NCBI GenBank assembly: GCA_963719425.1
Contig: OY970382.1
Location: forward strand, 385,246 to 449,245
Reading direction: 5' to 3'
From: an uncultured bacterium
GTDB taxonomy: Bacteria; Patescibacteriota; Minisyncoccia; UBA6257; 2-01-FULL-56-20
Length of the DNA stretch: 64,000 bases
Part shown: positions 55,694-64,000 of the stretch, in pieces
How the letters are laid out: every line of letters starts with the position of its first letter
How positions within the stretch are numbered: position 1 is the stretch's first letter
Position numbers and translations under genes: made by a program
Notes under the pieces: generated by a model
The model's input: the letters and a program-made list of their open reading frames with translations, nothing else
Told to the model about the DNA's origin: nothing
The model's database searches: none

Positions 55694-58354
55694 CTACGCC
55701 CCATGGCACTTTTTATATTTTTTGCCGCTACCGCAGGGGCAGGGATCGTTGCGACCAATTTTTCCGGAACGTGATGCGCTGTGGGACGATGGGAACGCCG
55801 CGCGGTTCGGATTGGCGACACCACTGGCACCGCCCGCCTGCGCGGGAAAATTCAGCAACTTGAACGCGTTCGCAAACACCATGCCGTTGAAATTGTGCCA
55901 GAAATCCTTGAAGAGCCGGCTCGCTTCATGGCGGTATTCCACGAGCGGATCGCGCTGGCCGTAGGCGCGGAGGCCGACGGATTCCTGGAGTGCTTCCAGA
56001 TCCTCAAGATTCGTCATCCAAAGCATGTCCAAAATGCCGAGGAGTTGGTTTTTGGCGAGTGAATTCTCCGCCACCTTGGTCGCCTGCGCTTCCAAAAACT
56101 TTTTCGCGTCGTCCGCGGTTTTCAGATTTTCAAAGGCAATATCCCCTACAGCGCCGCTTGGAATGAGCTGCGCCTCTTTAAATACCTTCGCAATCCCCTC
56201 GCGCTGCTCCTGCGATCCTGCGCCAAATTCTCCTTCAAACATCGGCGCGAACGCCATGTCAAAATGCGCCGTCACGGCATCCGCGATTGTCTTCGCAACG
56301 TCCGTTTTTGTCAGCAATCCCAAAATTTCCCCACGGCGCTTATAGACCGCTGCGCGCTGCTTATTCAGAACGTCATCATATTCAAGTAGATGCTTGCGGA
56401 GATCAAAATTCGCGCCCTCCACCTTCGCCTGCGCCTCGGCAACCGCCTTCGTCACGAATTTGAACTCAATCGGTTGATCATCCGGAACGTCAAGCCGCTC
56501 CATCATATTCTTTAGCCGGTCGCCGCCGAAAATCCGCAGCAGATCGTCTTCTGCGGAGAGAAAAAATTGCGTGGAGCCAGGATCGCCCTGTCGCCCGGAG
56601 CGGCCGCGGAGCTGGTTATCAATGCGCCGCGCCTCGTGCCGTTCGGTGCCCACGACGTGCACACCGCCGAGTTCGCGCACTCTTGCCGCGTCTTCCGGCT
56701 TCGGCGGATTGCCGCCCAAAATGATGTCCACGCCGCGTCCGGCGACGTTCGTCGCAACCGTAACGGCGCCGGGCCTGCCTGCCTGCGCGATGATCGCACC
56801 CTCGCGTTCGTTGTTTTTTGCGTTGAGAACCTCGTGCGAAACGCCTGCCCTTGAAAGCGCGGCTGAAAGAATCTCGTTCTTCGCAATGGAGGTCGTTCCA
56901 ATGAGAACCGGCTGGCCCTCCTTCTGCCGCTCGCCCACATCCTTCACGACCGCATCAATCTTCGTCCTGAAATTCTTATAAATGAGATCGTTCATGTCGC
57001 GGCGCACAAGCGGCCGGTTCGGCGGGACGCTCATTACCTCAAGGTTGTACACTTTGAAGAATTCCTCCGCCGAGGTCTGCGCGGTTCCCGTCATGCCAGA
57101 AATTTTTTTATACATGCGGAAATAATTCTGGATGGAGATCTTCGCGTACGTCCGCGATTCTTCTTTTACATTCACGCCTTCTTTCGCTTCAATCGCTTGG
57201 TGCAATCCCGCCTGATAGCGCCGGCCTATCAGCATCCTTCCCGTGAATTCATCCACAATGATCACTTCCCCGTTTTTGACCACATAGTCGCGGTCGCGCT
57301 GGAAAAGCGCCTTCGCCTTTACGCTTTCTTCCAAATAATGCACGAGGCGGATATTCTCCGGCGCGTAAATGTTCTTGATACCGAGCATCTTTTCCACTTT
57401 TTCCACGCCCGCATCCGCGATCGCGACAGATTTCCGTTTCTCATCCACTTCATAATCCTTTTCTTTTTCCAAAAGCGCTGCCACCCGCGCAAAGGCTTTG
57501 TACGCGTCGCTCGATTCCGAATCGGCCGCCGCGATGATGAGCGGCGTCCTCGCTTCGTCTATCAAAATGCTGTCCACCTCGTCTATGATCGCAAAGTAAT
57601 GCTCGCGCTGGACTCGATCCTCCAAGCGATACACCAAATTATCGCGCAAATAATCAAAACCGAACTCATGGTTCGTGCCGTAGGTGATGTCCGCATTATA
57701 CGCTTCGCGACGCGGCACCGGGCGCAAAAATTCCTGCTGCACTAAGAAGCTACCGGTCGTGTCCCGTTCTTTGTCCAACAGTTTTGATGCCTCGGGATTT
57801 TGGGAAGCTGCTCCCTTTCCCTCTTCCGGCGCTTTATAGAGCGGGTCGTACATGAACGCGGCATTCGGCACGAGGCACGCCACGGAGAGGCCGAGCGCGC
57901 GATAGATTTGTCCCATCCAAACCGCATCGCGGCGGGCCAAATATTCGTTCACGGTGACGATATGCACACCGCGTCCTCTAAGCGCATTGAGATACGCAGG
58001 CGCAACGGCCGCAAGCGTTTTCCCTTCGCCCGTTATCATCTCCGCGACCGCGCCCTTGTGAAGCACGAGCCCGCCCAAAAGCTGCACGTCAAACGGGCGT
58101 TGGCCGAGCGTCCGCTTTGCCGCCTCGCGCACGAGGGCAAACGCGCGCGGGAGGATCTCGTCAAGCATTGTTGTATCCACCTCGCGCTCGGTCGTTTCCC
58201 CCGCCATCTTAACCTTCAGTTTTATACTCTCCGCCACGAGCCCTTCGTCGCTCAATTTCGCAATCTCCTCCTCAAGCGCATTTATTGCGCGCACCGTCTC
58301 GGAAAGCTCTGTGAGCGACCGCTTCGCGAAAAATTTTTTGATGGAGCCGAGCAT
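55694..58354 (-). CDS. secA: Preprotein translocase ATPase SecA.
   Basis: DEAD-like motor motifs, 886 aa, C-terminal zinc-binding [14 protein letters not shown]. Confidence 0.95.
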   Translation of the reverse strand: MLGSIKKFFAKRSLTELSETVRAINALEEEIAKLSDEGLVAESIKLKVKMAGETTEREVDTTMLDEILPRAFALVREAAKRTLGQRPFDVQLLGGLVLHKGAVAEMITGEGKTLAAVAPAYLNALRGRGVHIVTVNEYLARRDAVWMGQIYRALGLSVACLVPNAAFMYDPLYKAPEEGKGAASQNPEASKLLDKERDTTGSFLVQQEFLRPVPRREAYNADITYGTNHEFGFDYLRDNLVYRLEDRVQREHYFAIIDEVDSILIDEARTPLIIAAADSESSDAYKAFARVAALLEKEKDYEVDEKRKSVAIADAGVEKVEKMLGIKNIYAPENIRLVHYLEESVKAKALFQRDRDYVVKNGEVIIVDEFTGRMLIGRRYQAGLHQAIEAKEGVNVKEESRTYAKISIQNYFRMYKKISGMTGTAQTSAEEFFKVYNLEVMSVPPNRPLVRRDMNDLIYKNFRTKIDAVVKDVGERQKEGQPVLIGTTSIAKNEILSAALSRAGVSHEVLNAKNNEREGAIIAQAGRPGAVTVATNVAGRGVDIILGGNPPKPEDAARVRELGGVHVVGTERHEARRIDNQLRGRSGRQGDPGSTQFFLSAEDDLLRIFGGDRLKNMMERLDVPDDQPIEFKFVTKAVAEAQAKVEGANFDLRKHLLEYDDVLNKQRAAVYKRRGEILGLLTKTDVAKTIADAVTAHFDMAFAPMFEGEFGAGSQEQREGIAKVFKEAQLIPSGAVGDIAFENLKTADDAKKFLEAQATKVAENSLAKNQLLGILDMLWMTNLEDLEALQESVGLRAYGQRDPLVEYRHEASRLFKDFWHNFNGMVFANAFKLLNFPAQAGGASGVANPNRAAFPSSHSASRSGKIGRNDPCPCGSGKKYKKCHGA

Positions 58355-58476
58355 GTGTAAGGATTATAAGCGCTCTATCGGAAAATTTCCACATGAATTA
58401 GACAAAATGACTATTTTGTGATAAGATTATTCCCAGCTGGGAGCCCTACCCTAGGGGTTCCTGGTGGAGGTGAAAA

Positions 58477-59016
58477 TTGACTTCGCGAAACAACCACGTT
58501 GGGCTGATGGTGCTGCTCGTGATGGTACTTTCATCGGCCGCACGCGCTCAGGTCCAGGACTTCCGACAACGAACGCCAGAGGAAACAAAAAAGGGCTCCA
58601 GGAAACTGGATACCTTTTATAGAATTTCCCGGCTGTATCTCGGCGTCGGCACCGGACTGGACGGGTTCAGCACCGCTCGGGTGTTGAATCACCCCACGGT
58701 AGCATACAGGACGGACAAAACCGTTCTGGGACACTTCTACGGTGTGGAGGTTGGTTGGGCAGGCTCTGTCGTCGGGAAGAGGAATACGGACGCCGTAGTA
58801 GCGGCGAACGTTCTTCTGAACGTCGGCATAGAACGACTCAGCCGAACTCTCTACCGTCGCGGGGGACGCTGGCGGTTTCTCGCCATCGGGCTTGTGCTCT
58901 GGAAGGCAACAGACAGCACGGTGGCAGGGGCCGGCAACCTGAAGTTCGACGCGGGAATCGATGCAAGATTGCGTATGGCGACGGGTTACACGGGGAAGAT
59001 TATCTGGTCCCGCTGA
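58477..59016 (+). CDS. Hypothetical secreted protein (179 aa). Coding status is uncertain.
   Basis: Signal-peptide-like N-terminus. A comparably long antisense ORF exists, and there is no family match by eye. Confidence 0.3.
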   Translation: MTSRNNHVGLMVLLVMVLSSAARAQVQDFRQRTPEETKKGSRKLDTFYRISRLYLGVGTGLDGFSTARVLNHPTVAYRTDKTVLGHFYGVEVGWAGSVVGKRNTDAVVAANVLLNVGIERLSRTLYRRGGRWRFLAIGLVLWKATDSTVAGAGNLKFDAGIDARLRMATGYTGKIIWSR

Positions 59017-59135
59017 CGGGATTGATAGATCTGAACTGGTAACCCTGCGCATGGCCGGCGGCCGAGGGGTAACTCCTTCGGCTGCCGGTCGGTTTCACCA
59101 AAGCCGCGAAGTCAAATTCGGCCTACCATGTCAAC

Positions 59136-59300
59136 CCCTTGACATTTGGGATTGTCTTGGTAGACTGAATCTAGGTCTTGTTTTTTCAGCTGGCCGGGTG
59201 GCCCTGTTGCTCGCAGTCGAAGCTGCGGGCGGCAGTAGGGGGCTGAAAAAACCATACTCGAGAGGAGGGTTGTAGCCTTGGCTCCCCTCCTCTTCGCTTT
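59136..59300 (+). ncRNA. Candidate structured small RNA or 3'UTR element with its own promoter-like signal and an intrinsic terminator.
   Basis: TTGACA-N17-TAGACT at 59136-59164. A perfect 11-bp long-range helix GUUUUUUCAGC...GCUGAAAAAAC (59183-59193 / 59243-59253) encloses a CGCAG-ucgaag-CUGCG hairpin. A terminator GAGGAGGG-loop-CCCUCCUC plus UUCGCUUUUU follows at ~59257-59297. Confidence 0.3.
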
Positions 59301-59321
59301 TTAGAACCGGATTATCGAAAT

Positions 59322-59663
59322 TTACCGCCCGGCGATTCTCCTTATCGACTTCGCAAATTTCGTTTTATACTTTTCAATCTCCAGTCGCAGCGTGTCCTTT
59401 GTTCGATCTATCGCCTTGCGCACGTCATCCGCATACTCCTCGGCGCGGAGGATCTTTCGCGGCAGGCGCAAATCCGCGACCACAAGAAACACTTCCTCAC
59501 CTTTCTGGTGATGGCGCGTGGTGCGGGAGATCTCAAGCCAGATCTCGGCATCGCCGGTCTCGTCAAACTTTTTCAAAAATTTCGCAAGCGGCGCAAGTTT
59601 CTCATCAATATAGGCGCGGAGGGGCGCCGTAAGATCAAGGTTGGTTTTTATGTTGATTTTCAT
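59322..59663 (-). CDS. hpf: Ribosome hibernation promoting factor / RaiA (short form).
   Basis: 113-aa beta-alpha-beta-beta-beta-alpha pattern typical of HPF/YfiA. Confidence 0.8.
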   Translation of the reverse strand: MKINIKTNLDLTAPLRAYIDEKLAPLAKFLKKFDETGDAEIWLEISRTTRHHQKGEEVFLVVADLRLPRKILRAEEYADDVRKAIDRTKDTLRLEIEKYKTKFAKSIRRIAGR

Positions 59664-59668
59664 AAGAG

Positions 59669-60640
59669 TTATATGATTTGCACTTCTTCTTCCAGTTCCA
59701 CGTCGAATTTTTCCTTCACGGCGGACTTTGCGAGCGCGATGAGTTCCTTCACGTCGGAAGATTGCGCGCCGAGGACGTTCACAATGAAGTTCGGGTGTTT
59801 GGCGGAGATCATCGCGCCGCCGGAACTTACCCCGCGCAGCCCGGCTTCCGCGATGAGCTTCACCGCATAGATCACGGGAAAAGGATCGGTCTTTATGGAA
59901 AAATGAGAGCCGCGAAAATGGAGCTTTCCTTCTTGCAACGCTTTCTTGTATTCTGCACTGCCCTTTCTATGGACTGCCGCGAGCGGCACATTCTTGAAAA
60001 TGCTGCCGATATTGGGATAGTCCAGCGGGTGGTTCTTCGCACGATGATTTATCTTCTCCTGGATCGCGGCGGCGATTTCTTTTTTATCTCCCTTCTTTAG
60101 TCGAAGTATCGCCGAGAGGATAATCTCCTGGCCATCCTTTTTTTTGAAGATACTCGCACGATAGCCAAACACGCATTTCGCGAGGGGCCGCTCAATTATC
60201 TTCGTCGTCTTCGTATCAAAGCTCCGCACCGATTCCACCACGTCTTTTATCTCGCCGCCGAAGCAGCCGGCATTGCCGCGGATCGCGCCTCCCAAAGTTC
60301 CCGGCAGGCCGCCTGCCCACTCAAGACCAGAGAGCGATTTCCTTGCGGAAAATTTCAAAAGTTTTTCCATGGACAACCCTGCGCCCACGATGAGTCTCGT
60401 ACCCACCGCTTTGAGCATGAGGAGGTCCGGCCGGAGCACGAGCCCGTCAAACCCGCGGTCATCAATCAAAAGGTTCGTCCCGCCGCCCAAAATAAAAATG
60501 GGCAACTTTCTCGCTTTTGCCTCTTTCACCGCCCATTGCACCTCGTTCTCGTTTTTGGGTGCAAAAAAGAAACGCGCCGGGCCGCCGATCCTGTAATTGC
60601 TGTAACGCGCGAGCGTCACATTTTCCTGAAATTTTGGCAT
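59669..60640 (-). CDS. murB: UDP-N-acetylenolpyruvoylglucosamine reductase.
   Basis: FAD-binding and MurB C-terminal motifs (RIGGPA...GGGTNLL...GNAGCFGGEI). Start at the internal MPKFQ. Confidence 0.85.
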   Translation of the reverse strand: MPKFQENVTLARYSNYRIGGPARFFFAPKNENEVQWAVKEAKARKLPIFILGGGTNLLIDDRGFDGLVLRPDLLMLKAVGTRLIVGAGLSMEKLLKFSARKSLSGLEWAGGLPGTLGGAIRGNAGCFGGEIKDVVESVRSFDTKTTKIIERPLAKCVFGYRASIFKKKDGQEIILSAILRLKKGDKKEIAAAIQEKINHRAKNHPLDYPNIGSIFKNVPLAAVHRKGSAEYKKALQEGKLHFRGSHFSIKTDPFPVIYAVKLIAEAGLRGVSSGGAMISAKHPNFIVNVLGAQSSDVKELIALAKSAVKEKFDVELEEEVQII

Positions 60641-60898
60641 ATTGATTTTTGAGCCGCACGTTGAAAGCCCACGCCACACTACGCGAGTGAACGGGGAACA
60701 GAAAGAAAATAAGACCGCCGCTCCACTCAGTCCTCAAAGAATTTTACGAACCACGCGCCGCGAGGGTGCGTTTCCTGCTTTAAAGAACTGGGTGGAGCGG
60801 CTGTGGTGACCTCCAATTCTTTTTGTGGTTGAATGAGTGCTCTCCAGCCGGCTCCGCTATCAGTATAGAATATGAGCATTAAAATTCAATAAAACGGC

Positions 60899-60928
60899 TT
60901 ATAAACCAAAAGTCCCCTTGCGGGGACT
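60899..60928 (-). terminator. Intrinsic terminator downstream of the GtrA-like gene.
   Basis: AGUCCCC-gcaa-GGGGACU hairpin followed, on the minus strand, by UUUUGGUUU. Confidence 0.5.
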
Positions 60929-61036
60929 TCTGGCCAAAAAGAATTGTGTGGGATTTTCCTCAGTCGACGTCGTCGTTAAGGAAAACTCGCACCCATTCAC
61001 TGGCATTATAGCAGATAGCCGGAGAAAGCGCAAGTT

Positions 61037-61660
61037 CTACACCTGCTCCGCAGGCTTCTTGAAAACGAGGTATTTATAGCCGAGGAAGTCCCACAGAAAG
61101 GCGGCAGCTACCCCAACGATCGCCCCGACATTCGCCCAGAGGTTCGGGGAAATCGTTGTGGGGCGGCTGACATTGCTGAATACATAGGATGCGAGGCCGA
61201 CATTGAGGCAAAATCCCACGATCGCGACAAGGTAGAATTTCACGGTTTGATTCGCATTTGCGGGCTCGCGCGAATTGAACGTCCAAAACTTGTTCCAGAG
61301 AAAGCTGTTCGTCGTTGCCGCAAGGAACGAAATTGCTTTAAAGATCCGGTATGGCCAGGCAGCGGGCGTCCCGAAGACCAAAATCTCAAGATTGAGAACG
61401 CCGATATCCACAAAGGTATTCAATACGCCCACGGCCGCGAACTTCCCGAACTGGTAGAGCACCGGCACGAGTTTCCCCAAGAGGTAGAGAATGAAGAGCG
61501 CAAGCGGCGCAAGAACGATGAAACCGACGAGTATTCCCGCGCGCAATGCAAACGTGAGATTGAGGTGAAGCGAACCTGCCACGTTCGCCAAAATCGCCTG
61601 CGAGAGAAGTCCCACCACTGCCCCGATGACGACGATCGCCCACCAATCACCTCGTTTCAT
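61037..61660 (-). CDS. GtrA-family membrane protein.
   Basis: Four TM helices with GtrA-like FGKFAAVGVLNTFVDIGVLN. Confidence 0.75.
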   Translation of the reverse strand: MKRGDWWAIVVIGAVVGLLSQAILANVAGSLHLNLTFALRAGILVGFIVLAPLALFILYLLGKLVPVLYQFGKFAAVGVLNTFVDIGVLNLEILVFGTPAAWPYRIFKAISFLAATTNSFLWNKFWTFNSREPANANQTVKFYLVAIVGFCLNVGLASYVFSNVSRPTTISPNLWANVGAIVGVAAAFLWDFLGYKYLVFKKPAEQV

Positions 61661-61668
61661 GGGAAAGA

Positions 61669-62424
61669 TTAGTTCAGCTGGTAGGTAATGCTCACGTTGT
61701 CGGTAATGTCCTGCGTGCCCGGCTGGATCGTCGGCGCAACCGCAGCGCTTCCCGCACCCATCGCTTCATTGGCAACTGAAAACATAGCCCGCGGCGAAGG
61801 AATGTAATTATTCTCCGCAACGCTGACCACCTTCCCCAAAGATACCCCTGCCTCCGATGCCATCTCCTTCGCTTTCGCAAGCGCTTTCGTAAACGCATCC
61901 GCCCGCGCGGCCGCAAGAACCTTCTCCTCGTCAGCAAACGTGAACGTGATGCCGCCGATCTGATTCACGCCCAAGGGGGCGAGCCCGCCGACCACCGACG
62001 CCACCTTGCTCAAATCTCGCACTTTCACCTCCACTGTCTGCGTGAGCGTGTAGCCCGTGATGTAATTGCGCTCTGTGTTCTTATCCCATTCATAATTCGG
62101 CGAAAGATCGTAATTGGTCGTCGTAATATCGGCATCCGCAATGTTTTGCGATTTTACAAACTGCAAGACCGCATTCATCTTTTGATTATTGTTGTCGGAA
62201 AGGGTGGCAGGATTCTGCCCTTGGGTAACGACCGAGAAGGAAACTTCCGCAAGATCCGGACCCGCCGTTGTCTTCCCTTCCACCGTAACCGTAATGGTCC
62301 GCGACGGATAGAAACTATCCCCTATTTTCTGGAGCATGGGCATTACGAAGAACACGACATTGATGACCGCGACCGCGATGAAGATATCAAACACGATCCA
62401 AAACCATTTTTTTGCGTTATCCAT
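61669..62424 (-). CDS. SIMPL/DUF541 (YggE-like) protein.
   Basis: N-terminal TM plus a SIMPL-like domain, 251 aa. Confidence 0.75.
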   Translation of the reverse strand: MDNAKKWFWIVFDIFIAVAVINVVFFVMPMLQKIGDSFYPSRTITVTVEGKTTAGPDLAEVSFSVVTQGQNPATLSDNNNQKMNAVLQFVKSQNIADADITTTNYDLSPNYEWDKNTERNYITGYTLTQTVEVKVRDLSKVASVVGGLAPLGVNQIGGITFTFADEEKVLAAARADAFTKALAKAKEMASEAGVSLGKVVSVAENNYIPSPRAMFSVANEAMGAGSAAVAPTIQPGTQDITDNVSITYQLN

Positions 62425-62428
62425 GTAG

Positions 62429-63187
62429 TTATATATTGGTTATTATTTTTTTGAATTCACCGGCCTTTATGCTCGCGCCCCCGACGAGAGCACCATTTAC
62501 TTGATTACATTGTACATAATCGGCAACGTTTTTGCTGTCCACAGAACCACCATATAGCACGCGCGGGGCAAAATGAAAAGTTTCCTTTAAGAAATTTTTA
62601 ATGCTGCCGACCATAGCTGCCGCATCCTCCGGACGGTCGTAGCGGCCGGTGCCGATGGCCCAAACCGGCTCGTAGGCAATCGTGAGATGCGAGATCTTCG
62701 CGCGTGAAACACTTGCAAGATCTTTCTTGAGTTGCCCTTCCACGAATTTTTTCGCAGATGCTATCCCTTTCTTGCGAACCGAAAGCGATTCGCCGACGCA
62801 AAGGATCGCGTGCAAGCCGTCGCGCAATGCACGCCGCACCTTCTTGTTGATCATCGCATCCGTTTCTTTAAGCCACTTCCGCCGCTCCGAATGGCCGACG
62901 ATCACGTATCGCACCCCAAACGATTTGAGCATCCGCGGCCCCACCTCGCTCGTGTACGGGCCTTTCTCTTCCCAAAAAACGTCCTGCGCGCCGAGCACGA
63001 CATGCCGTCCATTCCCGCGTTTTTGGAGTTCTCTGAACTTTTCCAAATAGACGAACGGCGGACAGATTGCTACTTCAATTTTTTTTGAATGCTTTATCTT
63101 TGCCACGGCGCGGAAGAGGGCGATGGCCTGATCCTCGCTCTTTGGATTTTCTTTCCAGTTACCGACGATCAGTTTCATTACCATCAA
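62429..63187 (-). CDS. tpiA: Triosephosphate isomerase.
   Basis: GNWK, GHSERR and AYEPVWAIGTG. Confidence 0.92.
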   Translation of the reverse strand: MMVMKLIVGNWKENPKSEDQAIALFRAVAKIKHSKKIEVAICPPFVYLEKFRELQKRGNGRHVVLGAQDVFWEEKGPYTSEVGPRMLKSFGVRYVIVGHSERRKWLKETDAMINKKVRRALRDGLHAILCVGESLSVRKKGIASAKKFVEGQLKKDLASVSRAKISHLTIAYEPVWAIGTGRYDRPEDAAAMVGSIKNFLKETFHFAPRVLYGGSVDSKNVADYVQCNQVNGALVGGASIKAGEFKKIITNI

Positions 63188-63448
63188 TCATCGCGCGATG
63201 AGGGGAGTTTGTAAATAACCCTTTACTGGGTTGGAAGGGAATATGGGAGGGGGTTCCAAGCTATTAAACTTACGGTGTGCTGACAAATTGTTCGAAAAAG
63301 TGTTACATTATGCCCAGCTTTCTTGGAAATTGAGTAAGTCATCCAAGGACGGAGTGGCCGAAAAAGACTGAGGGCGCGAACCCGAGGTCTGGAGTGCGGC
63401 TCCAAAGGCATTCTGCCGCCGCAAGCGGAGCAAAAAGTGAGGTGAAAC

Positions 63449-64000
63449 ATGATCGTAACAAGAAGGCATGTTCAGCATTACCGCATAAGGTATCTTGCGG
63501 CACTGACGACAGTCATGTGTCTGTTTGCTACGTTATTCATTATGTCCGCCGATGCGAAATGGGGTTCACCGGCTCGGGGCAGTTGGAAGACCCTCCTAGA
63601 TATTTTGCTATGGTGCGTTGTGGCCGCAGGGGTGAGTTCTTGTGCTACCCTCGTGTTTGTTGGTATGAGTGGCGGAGAAGGATGGAGAGAGGTTACGAAG
63701 ATACTCTCCGACTGGGAAGCCATCATGAAACTGTCCCCCAAGTACTTTCCGCAAAACACGGAGGAGGTGGAGACCCTTCACGAGAGGATGCTGCACCGTT
63801 TGCTTATGCTCGGGCGCCTCGCGATGGTAACTATCGAAACGCGGAACAGGGCCTCCACAGCGCTCAAGGAGGCAGCGAGGGCAATTACCTATGAAGGTGC
63901 CGAACTCAATGATCTCCTCCGTATTCGCAAGAAGTTTGCCCGCGAACAAATCGCATTCGAAAAAGCCGAGCGCCGGGCAAATAAGGCTCACCGCCTGTTT
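63449..64000 (+). CDS. Membrane protein, partial (runs off the window end), hypothetical.
   Basis: GAGGTG Shine-Dalgarno 5 nt before ATG 63449. Two TM helices, then a helical soluble region with an open frame to 64000. The track ORF 63394..63894 is in a different frame and looks non-coding. Confidence 0.45.
   Translation, partial: MIVTRRHVQHYRIRYLAALTTVMCLFATLFIMSADAKWGSPARGSWKTLLDILLWCVVAAGVSSCATLVFVGMSGGEGWREVTKILSDWEAIMKLSPKYFPQNTEEVETLHERMLHRLLMLGRLAMVTIETRNRASTALKEAARAITYEGAELNDLLRIRKKFAREQIAFEKAERRANKAHRLF

Noticed and set aside
57197-58360. Plus-strand ORFs 57197..57745 and 57800..58360.
   Set aside because: Antisense to secA.
58531-59052. ORF 58531..59052(-), 173 aa.
   Set aside because: Overlaps the equally doubtful 58477..59016(+) ORF and has an Arg/Pro/Cys-rich composition. 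Neither is convincingly coding; the plus-strand one is kept only as a low-confidence feature.
60680-61036. A 350-bp gap between murB and the GtrA-like gene, with partial tRNA-like or structured look.
   Set aside because: Only a terminator hairpin (60911-60928) is defensible. The other pairings are non-nested and short, and there is no cloverleaf.

Overview
This 64 kb window is a GC-rich (roughly 55-60% by eye) bacterial chromosome segment, mostly coded on the minus strand. It mixes housekeeping genes with a lineage-specific cell-envelope repertoire. The housekeeping set is uvrA, uvrB, a short uvrC, secA, tpiA, murB, sodA, nth, hpf, uppP, tsaC, an NRAMP transporter and a tRNA-Gln. The envelope set includes two giant secreted repeat proteins, one truncated at the window start (<1..4990) and one of 1698 aa (8809..13905). 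There are several peptidoglycan-binding (PGB) surface proteins, a type IV pilin, a thioredoxin/DsbB pair, and an ECF-sigma-controlled HlyD/MacB efflux operon. Gene content suggests a monoderm organism, possibly Patescibacteria/CPR-like, but that is inference only. Four things stand out. First, a sharply low-GC (~35-40%) islet at 7615..8808 lies between tRNA-Gln and the 3' end of the 1698-aa giant gene. It carries two paralogous small CxxC plus coiled-coil plus Hjc/PD-(D/E)xK-like nuclease-fold proteins, one apparently catalytically degenerate. The last ~80 codons of the giant gene share the low GC, which resembles a polymorphic-toxin-like C-terminal cassette. Second, a candidate cobalamin riboswitch (minus strand, ~18120..18260) sits upstream of a DUF4430-containing surface-protein / DUF4430 / small-transporter cluster, i.e. 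a putative B12-capture locus. Third, a ~588-aa cysteine-rich protein with internally repeated zinc-ribbon modules has a coding sequence that extends 92 codons upstream of any canonical start codon. Fourth, the truncated giant gene contains perfect intragenic duplications. Other items are a structured-RNA candidate with its own terminator at ~59136..59300, a frameshifted small beta-repeat gene, and a divergent PurD-like ATP-grasp gene paired with a DUF2156 aminoacyl-tRNA-type transferase. No CRISPR array, integrase or transposase was seen. Product assignments are motif-level calls made by eye with no database search.
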